DNA from: a virus
Strand: one strand, 5' to 3'
Virus record (IMG/VR): IMGVR_UViG_3300045973_000675
Location: 15,145-79,144 of that record
DNA: 64,000 bases
Shown here: in pieces, positions 1 to 9,423 of the stretch
Numbering within the stretch: the first letter of the stretch is position 1
Layout: each line of letters starts with the position of its first letter
Translations under genes and position numbers: made by a program
Notes under the pieces: generated by a model
Seen by the model: the letters and a program-made list of their open reading frames with translations, nothing else
Databases searched by the model: none
Told to the model about the DNA's origin: nothing

Positions 1-199
1 TTCGGTTCGTAGACAGATTCACCGCCTGGACCTGTCCGGGCGTGGTCGGAAATAGCTGAACCAGAGAACCGCTCGACGTGCTGTAGACGGCGAACGCCAA
101 GGACACCGGATCCTGCATAAGAGCATCACCAAGCGATGGGTCGGTCAAGAAGACCTCGACGGCCTTCCCCGATGCCTGTCCCTTGGCGATTGCGATCAT
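1..199 (-). CDS. Putative virion structural protein, 5' part (runs off the window)
   Basis: Read manually: ATG at 199, MIAIAKGQASGKAVEVFLTDPSLGDALMQDPVSLAFAVY..., open to the window edge; lies downstream of the capsid genes. Confidence 0.6.
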   Translation of the reverse strand, partial: MIAIAKGQASGKAVEVFLTDPSLGDALMQDPVSLAFAVYSTSSGSLVQLFPTTPGQVQAVNLSTNR

Positions 200-240
200 G
201 TGGCGCTCTTTCTCACCCGTCCCAAAGGAGGGCGGGCGCT

Positions 241-807
241 CTACTTGGAATCTGCCTTGGCCTGTTGGCGGGCCGAGCGGGCAGCCCTGCGAGACGATGC
301 CGGGGTGGCATCTGTCGCGTCACCAGCGGTATCTTCGGTTTCCTTCTCAGCCTTCTCGGCCGCAGCGGCCTCCGCGGCTTCCTTCTCTTCCTGGCTGATG
401 ATCTCTTCTCCGTCGACATGCTCCTGCGAGGGATTGAGATACTTTCGACCACGTAAGGGTTCCTCCAGCGAGGGAGCTGCTACCGTCCCAGCCGGCGTGG
501 TCGCTCGGTCGACCAGGGACAACGATCCAGGGGTGGGACGCGCAGCCAATGCTTCGCGCTCCGCCCGTGCCCGTTCCGCAGCTTCGATGCCCTTCGCTCC
601 GGCTAGGTCTGTGACCTCGAACAGCGCCTGGGTATCGTCGTCGCTCCGCAGAGATCGTAGGTACTCCGCCAGTTCGAACGTATCGTTCCCGACCTTGATT
701 GCCTCGGGAATTTTCGCCCACACCCCGACGTTGAAATGGATCCCGTGAACCGAATAGGTCACGGGACCATTGCGGAAATTGCGCAGCCTTATGAATAGCT
801 CGTTCAT
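241..807 (-). CDS. Hypothetical head-region protein with acidic/Ala-rich C-terminus
   Basis: Start moved to MNELFIRLRN (807) because the ORF-track extension overlaps the upstream gene. Confidence 0.65.
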   Translation of the reverse strand: MNELFIRLRNFRNGPVTYSVHGIHFNVGVWAKIPEAIKVGNDTFELAEYLRSLRSDDDTQALFEVTDLAGAKGIEAAERARAEREALAARPTPGSLSLVDRATTPAGTVAAPSLEEPLRGRKYLNPSQEHVDGEEIISQEEKEAAEAAAAEKAEKETEDTAGDATDATPASSRRAARSARQQAKADSK

Positions 808-847
808 GTCTTCTAACCCCCGTTGAAAACCCGTGAAGAAACGTCGA

Positions 848-1186
848 CTACTTGGAGTAAACGACGAGCTTGAACGTGACGCCCGACAAGCTGGTCGCGT
901 TCGCCAACTCGGCCGGGGCCGTGCCGGCAGAACCGCCGGCCGTGTAGACCATGAGCTTGCTGTTGGCGAAGTCCCACACGAGCAGGTACCCACCGTTGGC
1001 GCTGACGCTACGGACGTCGAGAATCGCCCTCTGGTCGCCAGTCAAAGCATCCAGGGCAGCCTGGACACCCGTCATGCCACCCGTGGGGTAGGAGCTATCT
1101 CCGACCAGGGTGATCTGATCAACGTAAAGGACCTTCTGGGGTCCATCGATGGACTTCTCGACTAGGGTCATTGTTCCGATTGCCAT
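848..1186 (-). CDS. Putative capsid decoration / minor structural protein
   Basis: 112 aa, beta-rich (DSSYPTGG), AGGAGA RBS, directly after the major capsid gene. Confidence 0.6.
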   Translation of the reverse strand: MAIGTMTLVEKSIDGPQKVLYVDQITLVGDSSYPTGGMTGVQAALDALTGDQRAILDVRSVSANGGYLLVWDFANSKLMVYTAGGSAGTAPAELANATSLSGVTFKLVVYSK

Positions 1187-1217
1187 TGCTGTTCTCCTGA
1201 ATCAGGTTGAAAGGTTA

Positions 1218-1237
1218 GGGGCGAATTTCTCCGCCCC
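1218..1237 (-). terminator. Possible attenuating hairpin after the major capsid gene
   Basis: GGGGCG/CGCCCC stem with a weak T-containing tail (TAACCTTTC) on the - strand. Confidence 0.35.
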
Positions 1238-1256
1238 ACAAATTTGGTTCGGTCGA

Positions 1257-2204
1257 CTACGCGGACTTGACCTTCACGGCCTTCGCTACCGCGGGCTCGT
1301 GGAGGTACTTGACCGCGACGCGCGCCCGGCAGACCACCATCAGGACACCAGCCTGGATGTCTTCCTGGGTCTTGAACGTGACGTCCTTCCAGACGCCGAC
1401 GCAGATGTTCTTGGGATCGCAGAAGATGATGTTCGATTCGTTCGTTCCACCACCGAGGTTGGTCGGGAACATCGGAACCGGGATGACCTGCACCCCGTAG
1501 GCCGGGATGGGGGCTGCCGACGTCAGGGCGCTATCGCCGAGGCCGGTGAAGCGCGGGGCAACGAGGTCGCGCCACTTGGTCTCGATGGTGGGCGCCGTGT
1601 AGAAGCGCATCTTCGACTTGTCCTTCTGGAACTGGCTGGGCAACAGGTTCGCCAGGTGGAGGAAGTGCGCTTGCGCGAGGACGATCGAACCGTCGTCGAC
1701 CACGTAGGTGCTCGACTGCTTGAGGATGCCGTCGAGCAGCTTGAGCAGAGGATCCGTCGACGTGGTGTCGCCGTTGATGGCGAGGTCTTCCATGTCGAGG
1801 CCGAAGCGCTCGCCCATGAGCTTCTTGACGTGCGTCGCGAGGGCATCGCCTTCGATGTTGTCCTCGATGTCGACGTCGGTCAGGTTGACCTGGCACTTCA
1901 TCTGGACCGTGGTCAACGTGACCTTGCCCGTGGTGGGGGCCGCACGATCGGTGTAGCTGAGGGACTGACCCTCGACACCGCCGCGGGTGATGCGCGACAG
2001 GAAGCCAAGCTTGTCGACCTCCTGGACGGGCGCCGACAGTGGCTTGAAGAAGACGTCCTTCAACAGACGCTGGTCCTGGATCGAAATCTCCAAGAACTCT
2101 TTGGACTGGGCCGGAAGGAGCACGCCGCCATTGGTGGTCATGTCCGAGACCTTCATGTCCGCCTTCTGGATGTTGGTACGGGCGATTTGTCGGTTCGATT
2201 CCAT
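1257..2204 (-). CDS. Major capsid protein (HK97 fold)
   Basis: 315 aa, GGVLLPAQSKEF, DIEDNIEG, DMEDLAINGD, DGILKQ; follows protease/scaffold; AAGGAG RBS. Confidence 0.9.
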   Translation of the reverse strand: MESNRQIARTNIQKADMKVSDMTTNGGVLLPAQSKEFLEISIQDQRLLKDVFFKPLSAPVQEVDKLGFLSRITRGGVEGQSLSYTDRAAPTTGKVTLTTVQMKCQVNLTDVDIEDNIEGDALATHVKKLMGERFGLDMEDLAINGDTTSTDPLLKLLDGILKQSSTYVVDDGSIVLAQAHFLHLANLLPSQFQKDKSKMRFYTAPTIETKWRDLVAPRFTGLGDSALTSAAPIPAYGVQVIPVPMFPTNLGGGTNESNIIFCDPKNICVGVWKDVTFKTQEDIQAGVLMVVCRARVAVKYLHEPAVAKAVKVKSA

Positions 2205-2239
2205 CTGATTGCTCCTTGGGGTCGTTGTCGTTGCGAAAA

Positions 2240-2926
2240 CTACGTGCGCTGCGCGTTCATGTCGTTCGGCCAGGAGAATGGTTTCGCCGTCGACTTGGCG
2301 ACCTCTTCTGGCTCGTTTGAATTCGGCGCGGGTGTCTGCTTGGCCGCCTTGATGATCTCTGCCTGCTTGGCGATCGACACGCTCTGATCGGCGATCTGCT
2401 TGGCCTGCGCATCGAGCTTTACTTGAAGATCGGATACCGACTTGGTCAGCTCATCGACCTTGGGCGCAAGCGGATTGGGTTCATCTGCCTTGGCGACCTT
2501 CGACTTGTCGGTCGATTCTCCCTCGGCGTCCACCTCGTCCTGCAGCTCCTTGACGATCTTGGTCAGCTCTGAAACCGAAGTGGCCAGGCGGTCAAGGCGC
2601 TCCTTGGCCATCTTGGCTCCACGCTTTGCCACGGGCTCCGGCGCGGGCGTTGCGGCCAACGCGGCAGCCGCGGCGACGTCGGTGGCCTGCTGTTCGAGCG
2701 TGACGGGCGCGGTGACGGTTTCCGTGGCGGGGGTAGATGGCGCTCCGGTTTCAGCAGATGCAATAGGTTCGGCAGGGAGCACGGTTCCCTCGGCCGACTT
2801 CACAACCACGAACGGGCGCTTGTTCGCCGGGGCGTCGACGTTGGCCACTTCAAGGACTTCGACGTCCGTGAGTTCCGCGGTGGCCGCGGCCGCCTTGGCG
2901 ATGCTTGTTCGAGTTGCTGTTCGCAT
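2240..2926 (-). CDS. Capsid scaffold protein with an N-terminal prohead-protease strand motif
   Basis: N-terminal LTDVEVLEVANVDAPANKRPFVVVKS, coiled-coil segments, C-terminal PFSWPNDMN; immediately upstream of the major capsid gene. Confidence 0.7.
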   Translation of the reverse strand: MRTATRTSIAKAAAATAELTDVEVLEVANVDAPANKRPFVVVKSAEGTVLPAEPIASAETGAPSTPATETVTAPVTLEQQATDVAAAAALAATPAPEPVAKRGAKMAKERLDRLATSVSELTKIVKELQDEVDAEGESTDKSKVAKADEPNPLAPKVDELTKSVSDLQVKLDAQAKQIADQSVSIAKQAEIIKAAKQTPAPNSNEPEEVAKSTAKPFSWPNDMNAQRT

Positions 2927-2936
2927 GGTCTATTTC

Positions 2937-2972
2937 AGGGTTGCAAGCGGAATCGACGTAATCAAAAATCAG
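2937..2972 (-). promoter_or_regulatory. Recurrent promoter motif upstream of scaffold/capsid
   Basis: CTGATTT-TTGATT-N17-AACCCT, 10 nt before the ATG. Confidence 0.55.
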
Positions 2973-3661
2973 TCGAGTGGGTTGACGACGGCGGTCCCGC
3001 CAATCGAGAATCCGGTGATTTCGCCCTTCTTGATGGCGGACCACATGTCATCGTCCAGCACCCTCTCGGCCATCATCCAAGACCCGGCCTTGAGGAATTG
3101 CCCCTCGTAGGTCTCGTCTGACTTTTGGATGTAGCACTCCAGCACGGCGAACTTGTCGTTGGAATCGAGCACCTTGCCGTCCTTGGTACGCGCGTGCTGG
3201 ACGGTGAAGTGCCCCGCCTCCCCATCGGTTCGGTACGCCTCCATCCAAGCCTGCTGTGCCTTGCGAATGGTCGCCGACGTCTCGGTGTGGCCCTGGGTGT
3301 CGACCTCGTCTGGTTCCATGACGACGCCCAGGACGTAGCGCTCTTCCTCGGCAGTCTCGGCCTTGGAAACGATCACGCGGGCGAACTTGAGCGTCGGAGA
3401 TGGCTCGACGGGCGTGACGGTCGGCGGCGGTTCAGATGGCGCGGTGGCCTTCTGGATTGCCACCACAATCGCCTTCGCAAGCGTTGGGTACATTCCTCCA
3501 TCGCCCATCGATGCCATCGCCTTGCGGGTCTCACCGCGCACGCGCAGCTTGACCACGACGTCCTGGTAGTCGTCGGTAGCGGTAGTGGCAGCGGCGATCA
3601 CAGGGGAGGTCACGGATGCCGTCTTCGCGATAGGCTCTCTGAATCGCCGGCTGCGCTTCAT
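2969..3661 (-). CDS. XkdF-like prohead serine protease
   Basis: EERYVLGVVMEPDEVDTQGH, VQH, GSWMM, WSAIKKGEITGFSIGG are typical of the XkdF/S78-like family. Confidence 0.85.
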   Translation of the reverse strand: MKRSRRFREPIAKTASVTSPVIAAATTATDDYQDVVVKLRVRGETRKAMASMGDGGMYPTLAKAIVVAIQKATAPSEPPPTVTPVEPSPTLKFARVIVSKAETAEEERYVLGVVMEPDEVDTQGHTETSATIRKAQQAWMEAYRTDGEAGHFTVQHARTKDGKVLDSNDKFAVLECYIQKSDETYEGQFLKAGSWMMAERVLDDDMWSAIKKGEITGFSIGGTAVVNPLD

Positions 3662-3664
3662 GGC

Positions 3665-4348
3665 CTACCGACGGTTCATATCGTTCGGCCACGCGAACGG
3701 GGCGGGCGCGACGGGGGCAGGATCTGCAGCCTTCGCGATGGAGTCGATCTTGGTGATCTTCTCGTCGGGCATGGCCGCTGCCTTCTTGGCTTCCTCGGCC
3801 GCCTTGTCCTTCTCGGCCGCAACTGCTTCGTCCTTGGCCTTCATCTTCTTGTCACCGCACGCCTTGGCTAGCTTCGCCAGCGTGGCGCACCGGAACACGC
3901 GAACCTTGGCGCCCTCGACATCGGTCTCGCCGGTGGCGGACCAGGTGGCCAGGGCAACCTTCACGGTCGCGACCATGGGACCGGCATCCATGCCCTTGGC
4001 GACCGCGGCCTTTTCGAGGGTCGTCGCGCACATCTCGACCATCTCGTCGGCGCCCATATCCTCGCCAGCGTCATCGGTGGCCAGGGTGGCGACGTCCTCG
4101 GCGGGGACCATCGGGAACCCGTAGTAGACGCTGTCGAGCACCTTTCCGCACTCGTAGAGTTCGTCCCACATGTCGATCGAAATGTTGGGATCGATCTCGC
4201 CGGCGGTGGCGATCTGGTCCCGCAAAGCGGACAAGCGGGTCACTACCAGCGTGAGGGCCGTAACCACTCCACCAGCAAAGTCGCTCTGCTTGAGGACTCG
4301 GGTGCAGGCGTCGTTGAGCTTCTTGATGATTTCGGTCTTGGTGGCCAT
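3665..4348 (-). CDS. Putative second scaffold / internal head protein
   Basis: 227 aa, ends PFAWPNDMNRR, the same motif as 2240..2926. Confidence 0.65.
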   Translation of the reverse strand: MATKTEIIKKLNDACTRVLKQSDFAGGVVTALTLVVTRLSALRDQIATAGEIDPNISIDMWDELYECGKVLDSVYYGFPMVPAEDVATLATDDAGEDMGADEMVEMCATTLEKAAVAKGMDAGPMVATVKVALATWSATGETDVEGAKVRVFRCATLAKLAKACGDKKMKAKDEAVAAEKDKAAEEAKKAAAMPDEKITKIDSIAKAADPAPVAPAPFAWPNDMNRR

Positions 4349-4360
4349 GGGTCGGGCTCC

Positions 4361-4693
4361 TTATTGGGTGTCGTCGCTGCCGGCCCAACTCGCGCGCTTA
4401 CTGGGTTCCCAGTTCGTGCCGTCGAGATGCGCCTTCAGGGCTGCGGGAAGTTCGTCGATGATTCGTTCGCTGCTCCACTTCATCACGTGGTGAAGCTCCG
4501 CCGCCTTGGCGATGCAGAAGTCGATGCGCTCCTTGATCTTCGCGTCGGTCAGGTGGCGGACGGGGTGGCTGTCGAAGCTGCTGCGAACGACGCGCCCGAC
4601 GCCGGCCTGGATTCTCGCCATGTAGACGCCGAAAAGCGAGCCGACGGACGCTCCACGGACGTGGCCGTAGGGCGATACGATGAGGCTGGACAT
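4361..4693 (-). CDS. Hypothetical protein
   Basis: 110 aa ORF with its own leaderless promoter. Confidence 0.65.
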   Translation of the reverse strand: MSSLIVSPYGHVRGASVGSLFGVYMARIQAGVGRVVRSSFDSHPVRHLTDAKIKERIDFCIAKAAELHHVMKWSSERIIDELPAALKAHLDGTNWEPSKRASWAGSDDTQ

Positions 4694-4699
4694 GACCCA

Positions 4700-4734
4700 A
4701 TGGTCGGGGTGGGGTGCTGGCTACTCAAAATCGG
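4700..4734 (-). promoter_or_regulatory. Recurrent leaderless promoter
   Basis: CCGATT-TTGAGT-N17-GACCAT-N6-ATG. Confidence 0.65.
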
Positions 4735-4740
4735 GGGCGG

Positions 4741-5802
4741 TCAGAAGACCGGGATGATGGTTGTCCGGCACGACCCGTGGTAGGGCGGCATGCCGATCCC
4801 AGCCTTCATCATGGTCTCGCTGGCCATGGCCTCGGAGTAGGTGCCGATCTTGTCCTTCACGCCCTCGCCGGGCTCATCGATGACAGCCACCGTGTGGGAG
4901 CGGGTGCCCCGCTTGTAGTAGAGGATGTCCTGTCCATCGTCGTTCTTGCCCTTCTGGATCCAAGGCATCTGGTCGACGATGCTTTCGGGATCGTCGCTCT
5001 CCTGAACCTGCTTGATTCGCTTGACCGACTTGTCGACCGGGAATTGCTGACCGTTGAGGAATCTACATGTTTCCGATGTAACCTCGTCGAGGATCGCGCT
5101 TGGCGAGTAGGCGCGGATCCCAGCATCGTCGAGCGCGTGGACCTGGGTGAAGTTTCGCGCCCGGTTCGAGAAGGTTGTGGCGGTGAAGTTCCAGTAGGCA
5201 TCCGACCGCTTGGCCGCCTTCATGGTGATGGCCAACTCTTCCGAGATGTCGTCCCGCCCAAGGCCCTTTTCGAGCCCAGCGGCCACGATGTCCCGCGCCT
5301 TGGTGGACAGGCGTTTTCCGATCTCCCCGTAGTTGTTGCGCACGAATAGCGCGCTGGTCTCGCGCAAACTTTCGGCGGTATCGAGGTCTCGCTTGGTCAG
5401 ATCCGTCTCGATCGCCAGGTCGTACCGTTTCACTAGTTGCTTGCGGGTCGGCGGGATGATCTGGTCGGCGCTGATCTCAAACGTGGCCCGCAGTCCCGGC
5501 AGCTCCTTCTCGCCGGACGCCGCCAACAGCTCTTCGATCTCGTGCATCTTCGCCGTGCGCTTGGCCGCGGACATCTCGGGCCAGTTGGCATCGACGATCT
5601 GGGCGGCCTCATCGGCGGTGGCGTTCTCGATCGGAGCAACCTTGGCCCGCAGTGCCCTGGCCACCCGGCGGACCATGGTGACGAACTGCACCGGATGAAG
5701 CGGGTTCAGCGCCTTCTCGATGGGGACGCGTAACACATCATCAAGGAGCCAGTCGGCTGCCTCGACCCCGGCTTGCAGCGTTTCACCGCAGCGGTCGCAC
5801 AC
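4741..5802 (-). CDS. Head morphogenesis protein (SPP1 gp7 / Mu F-like)
   Basis: AILDEVTSETCRFLNG and C-terminal PPYHGSCRTTIIP; follows the portal gene. Confidence 0.85.
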   Translation of the reverse strand: MCDRCGETLQAGVEAADWLLDDVLRVPIEKALNPLHPVQFVTMVRRVARALRAKVAPIENATADEAAQIVDANWPEMSAAKRTAKMHEIEELLAASGEKELPGLRATFEISADQIIPPTRKQLVKRYDLAIETDLTKRDLDTAESLRETSALFVRNNYGEIGKRLSTKARDIVAAGLEKGLGRDDISEELAITMKAAKRSDAYWNFTATTFSNRARNFTQVHALDDAGIRAYSPSAILDEVTSETCRFLNGQQFPVDKSVKRIKQVQESDDPESIVDQMPWIQKGKNDDGQDILYYKRGTRSHTVAVIDEPGEGVKDKIGTYSEAMASETMMKAGIGMPPYHGSCRTTIIPVF

Positions 5803-5805
5803 GGG

Positions 5806-7686
5806 CTACGTCTCCGTGATGAAAGGGGCCAGCTCGGAAGCGGGCACGCGGATGACCTGCTCGTCGTCATCGCTCGATTGCTTGTGGACTGCGAATTCCT
5901 TGGCCGCACTATCCTGCTCGGCAGCCAGCACGCTCTTTCGAATGGCGACGAGGTGCTTGGCCATGGCCACGATGTTGCCCTCCTGACGTGCCTTCTCAGC
6001 TCCGGCAAGGTTATCGGAGATGCCAAGCCCACCGCCGCCGGCGGCGCCCGCCAGCGTGAGGGCGAACGGTTCATCCCCGCCATCGACAGGCTTGTAGTCG
6101 CGGCCGAACACGTCCTCGGCCACGGCGCGAATCTCGTTTCGGCTGAGGGCGTTCTCGAACTGCTTCGCCGCCAGGGCCAGTGCTTCGGGATTCTTGAGGT
6201 CCGCTCCCAGCGACTCGAATTTGTAGTAGCGGATCCCGAGGTCGGTCAGGATGGTGCGATCCATCAAATAGTCGAAGGCGTTGCGCTCGCCCGAGAAGAC
6301 CTGCTGTTCGGCGAATGCCAGGGCAGCGTCGGCTGTAGCCCTATTTACATCGCTGGAATCGCCGCGAAGAATCTTGGGAAGCCGAAACGACTCGCCGATC
6401 TTGTTTCGGTTCCGCTCGTCGTACTCCATGAACAGGCCATCCTTCAGGATGGCGTCGGTCAGGGGTTGGATCTTGATCCGCACCTTCCCGTCGGCGGTCG
6501 TGCCGGTGGAGTTCTCGGCCGGCATCGCCTCGAGGATGATGGCCTTGTGGAAGTTGCGCGCTCCCCTGATCTTGTTCTCGATGAAATCCTTGAACGCCTT
6601 TACCGATTGGCTCGATAGCCTGCCGCCTTCAATCAGCACTGCCATCGGCGGGATCGACTTGTTGTCGAAGAACAGATAGTTGATGTACTCGGCCTTTCGA
6701 CTTCCCTGGACGGACAGGTAGTTGCCAATCCAGCGCGGCAACCCGTAGGGGCCGGTCGGATTGTAGAGGGCATCGCACCACAGCTCGGTCGCCTCCATGG
6801 TGGTGGGCTCGGCTGCCATCATGGCATCGACGCAGGCTTGGCGATCTTTTCCCGCCTCGTAAAGCGTCCCTGTCTTTACGCTCATCACGCGCGTGTCGCC
6901 GAACTCCTTGAAGTACGCCGGGATGCCCTCGCAGAGTTGGATGTAGCGGCGAAAGCGGCGCCACTTCAAGATCGTTCTGGTCGTGATCGGTGAGATGCGA
7001 ACTGGCACCGAAACCTTGATCCATGGCCCACGCTTGAGCATGCGAATCGTGTACGACGGGACGTGCCTTAGCTCGGCGATCTTCCTCAGTCCGTTGCGGA
7101 TGACCTCCCAGTAGCCGCTGCCGTTCGTCTCCTTGTCGTGCCGCGATCTCCGCCGCAGCTCCACAAACGAATATTGGTCGGTGCAGTAGTCGAAGAACGA
7201 GGTGATGCGCGCCAGCTCCTTGCGCATCTCGGACGCGACGATAGCTTTGCGCTGGGCCACTTCAGCCGACGTGGGCTCGGGCGGGTCGGGCTGGGTATCG
7301 GCGCCGGACGCTTCTTCCATGGCATCCAATCGTTCCAGATAGATGACGTCGGCGATTTTCTTGTCCGCGTCCTCTTTGGTCAGGTCGATGATGGGGACGA
7401 AGCGATGACCGAAACCGTCGCAGTTGGTGACGTATGAGTGCACGCACTGGGGGAGGATGTTGGACTCCTCGACCATGCGGCCGAGCAGCTCGGGTGGATA
7501 GGGGGGCACGAGCGCCCCTGCGTCGCCGAACATCCCGGCGATACGCTTGTCCTCTTCCTCGCGGACATTGCTCGGCGGCGCATCGTCGTAGCTGATGACG
7601 TGCATCTTGGTGATGGCGGTGCGGTCGTTGTCCGCCACCTCTTCGTCGTCGTCGACCTTGGCGATCGCTTTCCCTTCGTCAGCCAT
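5806..7686 (-). CDS. Portal protein (PBSX-like)
   Basis: 626 aa, PPYPPELL, NGSGYWEVIRN, YGLPRWIG, FFDNKSIP, FRLPKILRG, NRATA, SRNEIR. Confidence 0.9.
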   Translation of the reverse strand: MADEGKAIAKVDDDEEVADNDRTAITKMHVISYDDAPPSNVREEEDKRIAGMFGDAGALVPPYPPELLGRMVEESNILPQCVHSYVTNCDGFGHRFVPIIDLTKEDADKKIADVIYLERLDAMEEASGADTQPDPPEPTSAEVAQRKAIVASEMRKELARITSFFDYCTDQYSFVELRRRSRHDKETNGSGYWEVIRNGLRKIAELRHVPSYTIRMLKRGPWIKVSVPVRISPITTRTILKWRRFRRYIQLCEGIPAYFKEFGDTRVMSVKTGTLYEAGKDRQACVDAMMAAEPTTMEATELWCDALYNPTGPYGLPRWIGNYLSVQGSRKAEYINYLFFDNKSIPPMAVLIEGGRLSSQSVKAFKDFIENKIRGARNFHKAIILEAMPAENSTGTTADGKVRIKIQPLTDAILKDGLFMEYDERNRNKIGESFRLPKILRGDSSDVNRATADAALAFAEQQVFSGERNAFDYLMDRTILTDLGIRYYKFESLGADLKNPEALALAAKQFENALSRNEIRAVAEDVFGRDYKPVDGGDEPFALTLAGAAGGGGLGISDNLAGAEKARQEGNIVAMAKHLVAIRKSVLAAEQDSAAKEFAVHKQSSDDDEQVIRVPASELAPFITET

Positions 7687-7689
7687 GGG

Positions 7690-7977
7690 CTAGCCTTCGG
7701 AGGACAGCACGGCCTGCGGGGTTCCGCTCGTGTAGGCGGTCACGTTAGCCCGCACCTTCTTGACCCGCAATGGAATCTGAACCTGCCCGGGTGCCGTGAT
7801 GGCCGCGCCGATGTTCACCGGATCTGCATCGGTCGCCACCGTGTACTGGAGCTGCACCGTGGCCGAGAACGTTCCGAAGACCGTGATCCAGCCGTCCTTG
7901 ATCGAATCGCAGGTCAACCACGCCCCGGCGGCGACGGACGTTGGAACGGCTAACGCATTGAAAGATGAGGAGGCCAT
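7690..7977 (-). CDS. Small beta-sandwich virion protein
   Basis: 95 aa (GTFSATVQLQ...VRANVTAYTSGT); start set by the leaderless promoter. Confidence 0.65.
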   Translation of the reverse strand: MASSSFNALAVPTSVAAGAWLTCDSIKDGWITVFGTFSATVQLQYTVATDADPVNIGAAITAPGQVQIPLRVKKVRANVTAYTSGTPQAVLSSEG

Positions 7978-7983
7978 GCCCCC

Positions 7984-8018
7984 ATGGTCGGCGCACTCGT
8001 TGCGCAACCCAAAATCGG
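7984..8018 (-). promoter_or_regulatory. Recurrent leaderless promoter
   Basis: CCGATT-TTGGGT-N17-GACCAT-N6-ATG. Confidence 0.65.
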
Positions 8019-8022
8019 GGCG

Positions 8023-9420
8023 CTACTCGAAGGTCGTCTCGGCGGCGTACCCGTCCAGGAACGTCGTCCAGAAGTCCATCGGGATGAACGTCGTCTCTCC
8101 TGTTTGGCTATCCAGGAAAAACGTGTCGTAGTCGGTCTGCTCGAAGGTCGTGTCAGCAGCGTAGCCGTCCAGGAACGTCGTCTCGGATTCAACGGTCGTA
8201 CCGTACTGCGGGGTTGAGGCGTGTGCATCCGCTGACTCGGCGCTGGCTTCCGCCTCCGACGTGGAAGCGGAAAAACTTGCTCCCGCGTTCGCTTGCTCAA
8301 GCTCTGCCTCGGATTCTCCGATCCCGACCGCTCGAACCGCGGTGGCGGAGACTTGCTCGGATGACGTTTCCGATTCAGACATGGACGCCGTGACCAGGCG
8401 CCCAGCCACGATCTGTTCAGATTCCGATTCGGACTCGGCCGCTGCAACGGTCGCGGCCTGCACCTGTGACGTCTGTTCCGATTCAGCTATGGAATCTGAC
8501 GCGGATACCACAGCGACGCGTGCTACAGCGGCTGTCTCGGTTTCAGCTTCCGATTCGGCCACGTTGGCGGATAGGGCCAGTCCCCCCGATATCTGCTCGG
8601 ATTCGGTCTGTGCTTCACCCACCGCGACCGTTGCTGCCGTTGCCGCGGATGCCTGTTCGACCTCGGATGCAGATTCGGCGAGCCCGACTACCCGCGCGGC
8701 AGACGCGCCAACGCCTTCCGCTTCTCCCTCCGATTCGCTCACGTTGGCCGTGAAGGACAGTCCCGCCGCGACTTGCTCCGCTTCTGCTGTAGCCTCCGCC
8801 ACCCCTGCCGTTGACGTCGCGGCAGTCGCGACCTGCTCGGCTTGGGCCTCGGCTTCCGAGACGCCGGCCGCGGCCACCGTTGCCGCCCCGGCGATTTCCG
8901 TTAGGCCTTCCGACTCCGCGACGGGCGCCGTGAACACGAGTCCCGTGGCCACCTGCTCTGCTTCAGCTTCGGATTCGCCGACAGTCGCAGTCGTGACCCG
9001 CGTGGCGGACGCCGATTCAGCTACGGCTTCTGCATCGGCTACGCCCTGGGTAAACGACGCGCCTGCCCCGATAGCCTCAGTCTCCGATTCCGATTCAGCG
9101 ACGGAGGGGCGCAGCGTTGTAGTCGTCGCGGTCGCCTCAGCTTCGGCCTCCGACTCTGCAACGGACGCGGACAACACGAGCCCGGTTGTGACCTGCTCGG
9201 CCTCGGCTTCGGATTCGCTGACCGCCCCTGTGGTGGCGCGCGAAACGGCCGCCGACTCTGTCTCTGCCGCTGACTCTGCAACTCCAGCACTCGCCGACGT
9301 CTGGGCCGCAGTTCCCTCCCCTACCGCCTCGCCCTCTGCAACGTTGGCCGTGTAGAGCGTAGAAGAACCAGCATCGAACGCGTCGGCCTGGAATGCGTCC
9401 GTCTGGAACGCTTGCGCCAT
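8023..9420 (-). CDS. Acidic 20-aa-repeat fibrous virion protein
   Basis: 465 aa; N-terminal AFQTDAFQADAFD; 19 tandem 20-aa units (xxVAESEAEAEQVxxxxxxx); three C-terminal TTFLDGYAA-like units. Confidence 0.75.
   Translation of the reverse strand: MAQAFQTDAFQADAFDAGSSTLYTANVAEGEAVGEGTAAQTSASAGVAESAAETESAAVSRATTGAVSESEAEAEQVTTGLVLSASVAESEAEAEATATTTTLRPSVAESESETEAIGAGASFTQGVADAEAVAESASATRVTTATVGESEAEAEQVATGLVFTAPVAESEGLTEIAGAATVAAAGVSEAEAQAEQVATAATSTAGVAEATAEAEQVAAGLSFTANVSESEGEAEGVGASAARVVGLAESASEVEQASAATAATVAVGEAQTESEQISGGLALSANVAESEAETETAAVARVAVVSASDSIAESEQTSQVQAATVAAAESESESEQIVAGRLVTASMSESETSSEQVSATAVRAVGIGESEAELEQANAGASFSASTSEAEASAESADAHASTPQYGTTVESETTFLDGYAADTTFEQTDYDTFFLDSQTGETTFIPMDFWTTFLDGYAAETTFE
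8209..9348 (-). repeat. 19 degenerate coding repeats of 60 bp
   Basis: Counted by hand from the translation, with an exact 20-aa period. Confidence 0.85.
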
Positions 9421-9423
9421 GGC

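Noticed and set aside
8023-8200. DGR template/variable repeat pair (two TTFLDGYAA copies)
   Set aside because: Differences are not adenine-specific and no reverse transcriptase is present in the window
8261-9355. Long + strand ORFs (e.g. 1149..2387, 8261..9355, 38906..40027, 46981..48108, 62440..63414)
   Set aside because: Antisense shadows of well-supported - strand genes, as expected in high-GC DNA
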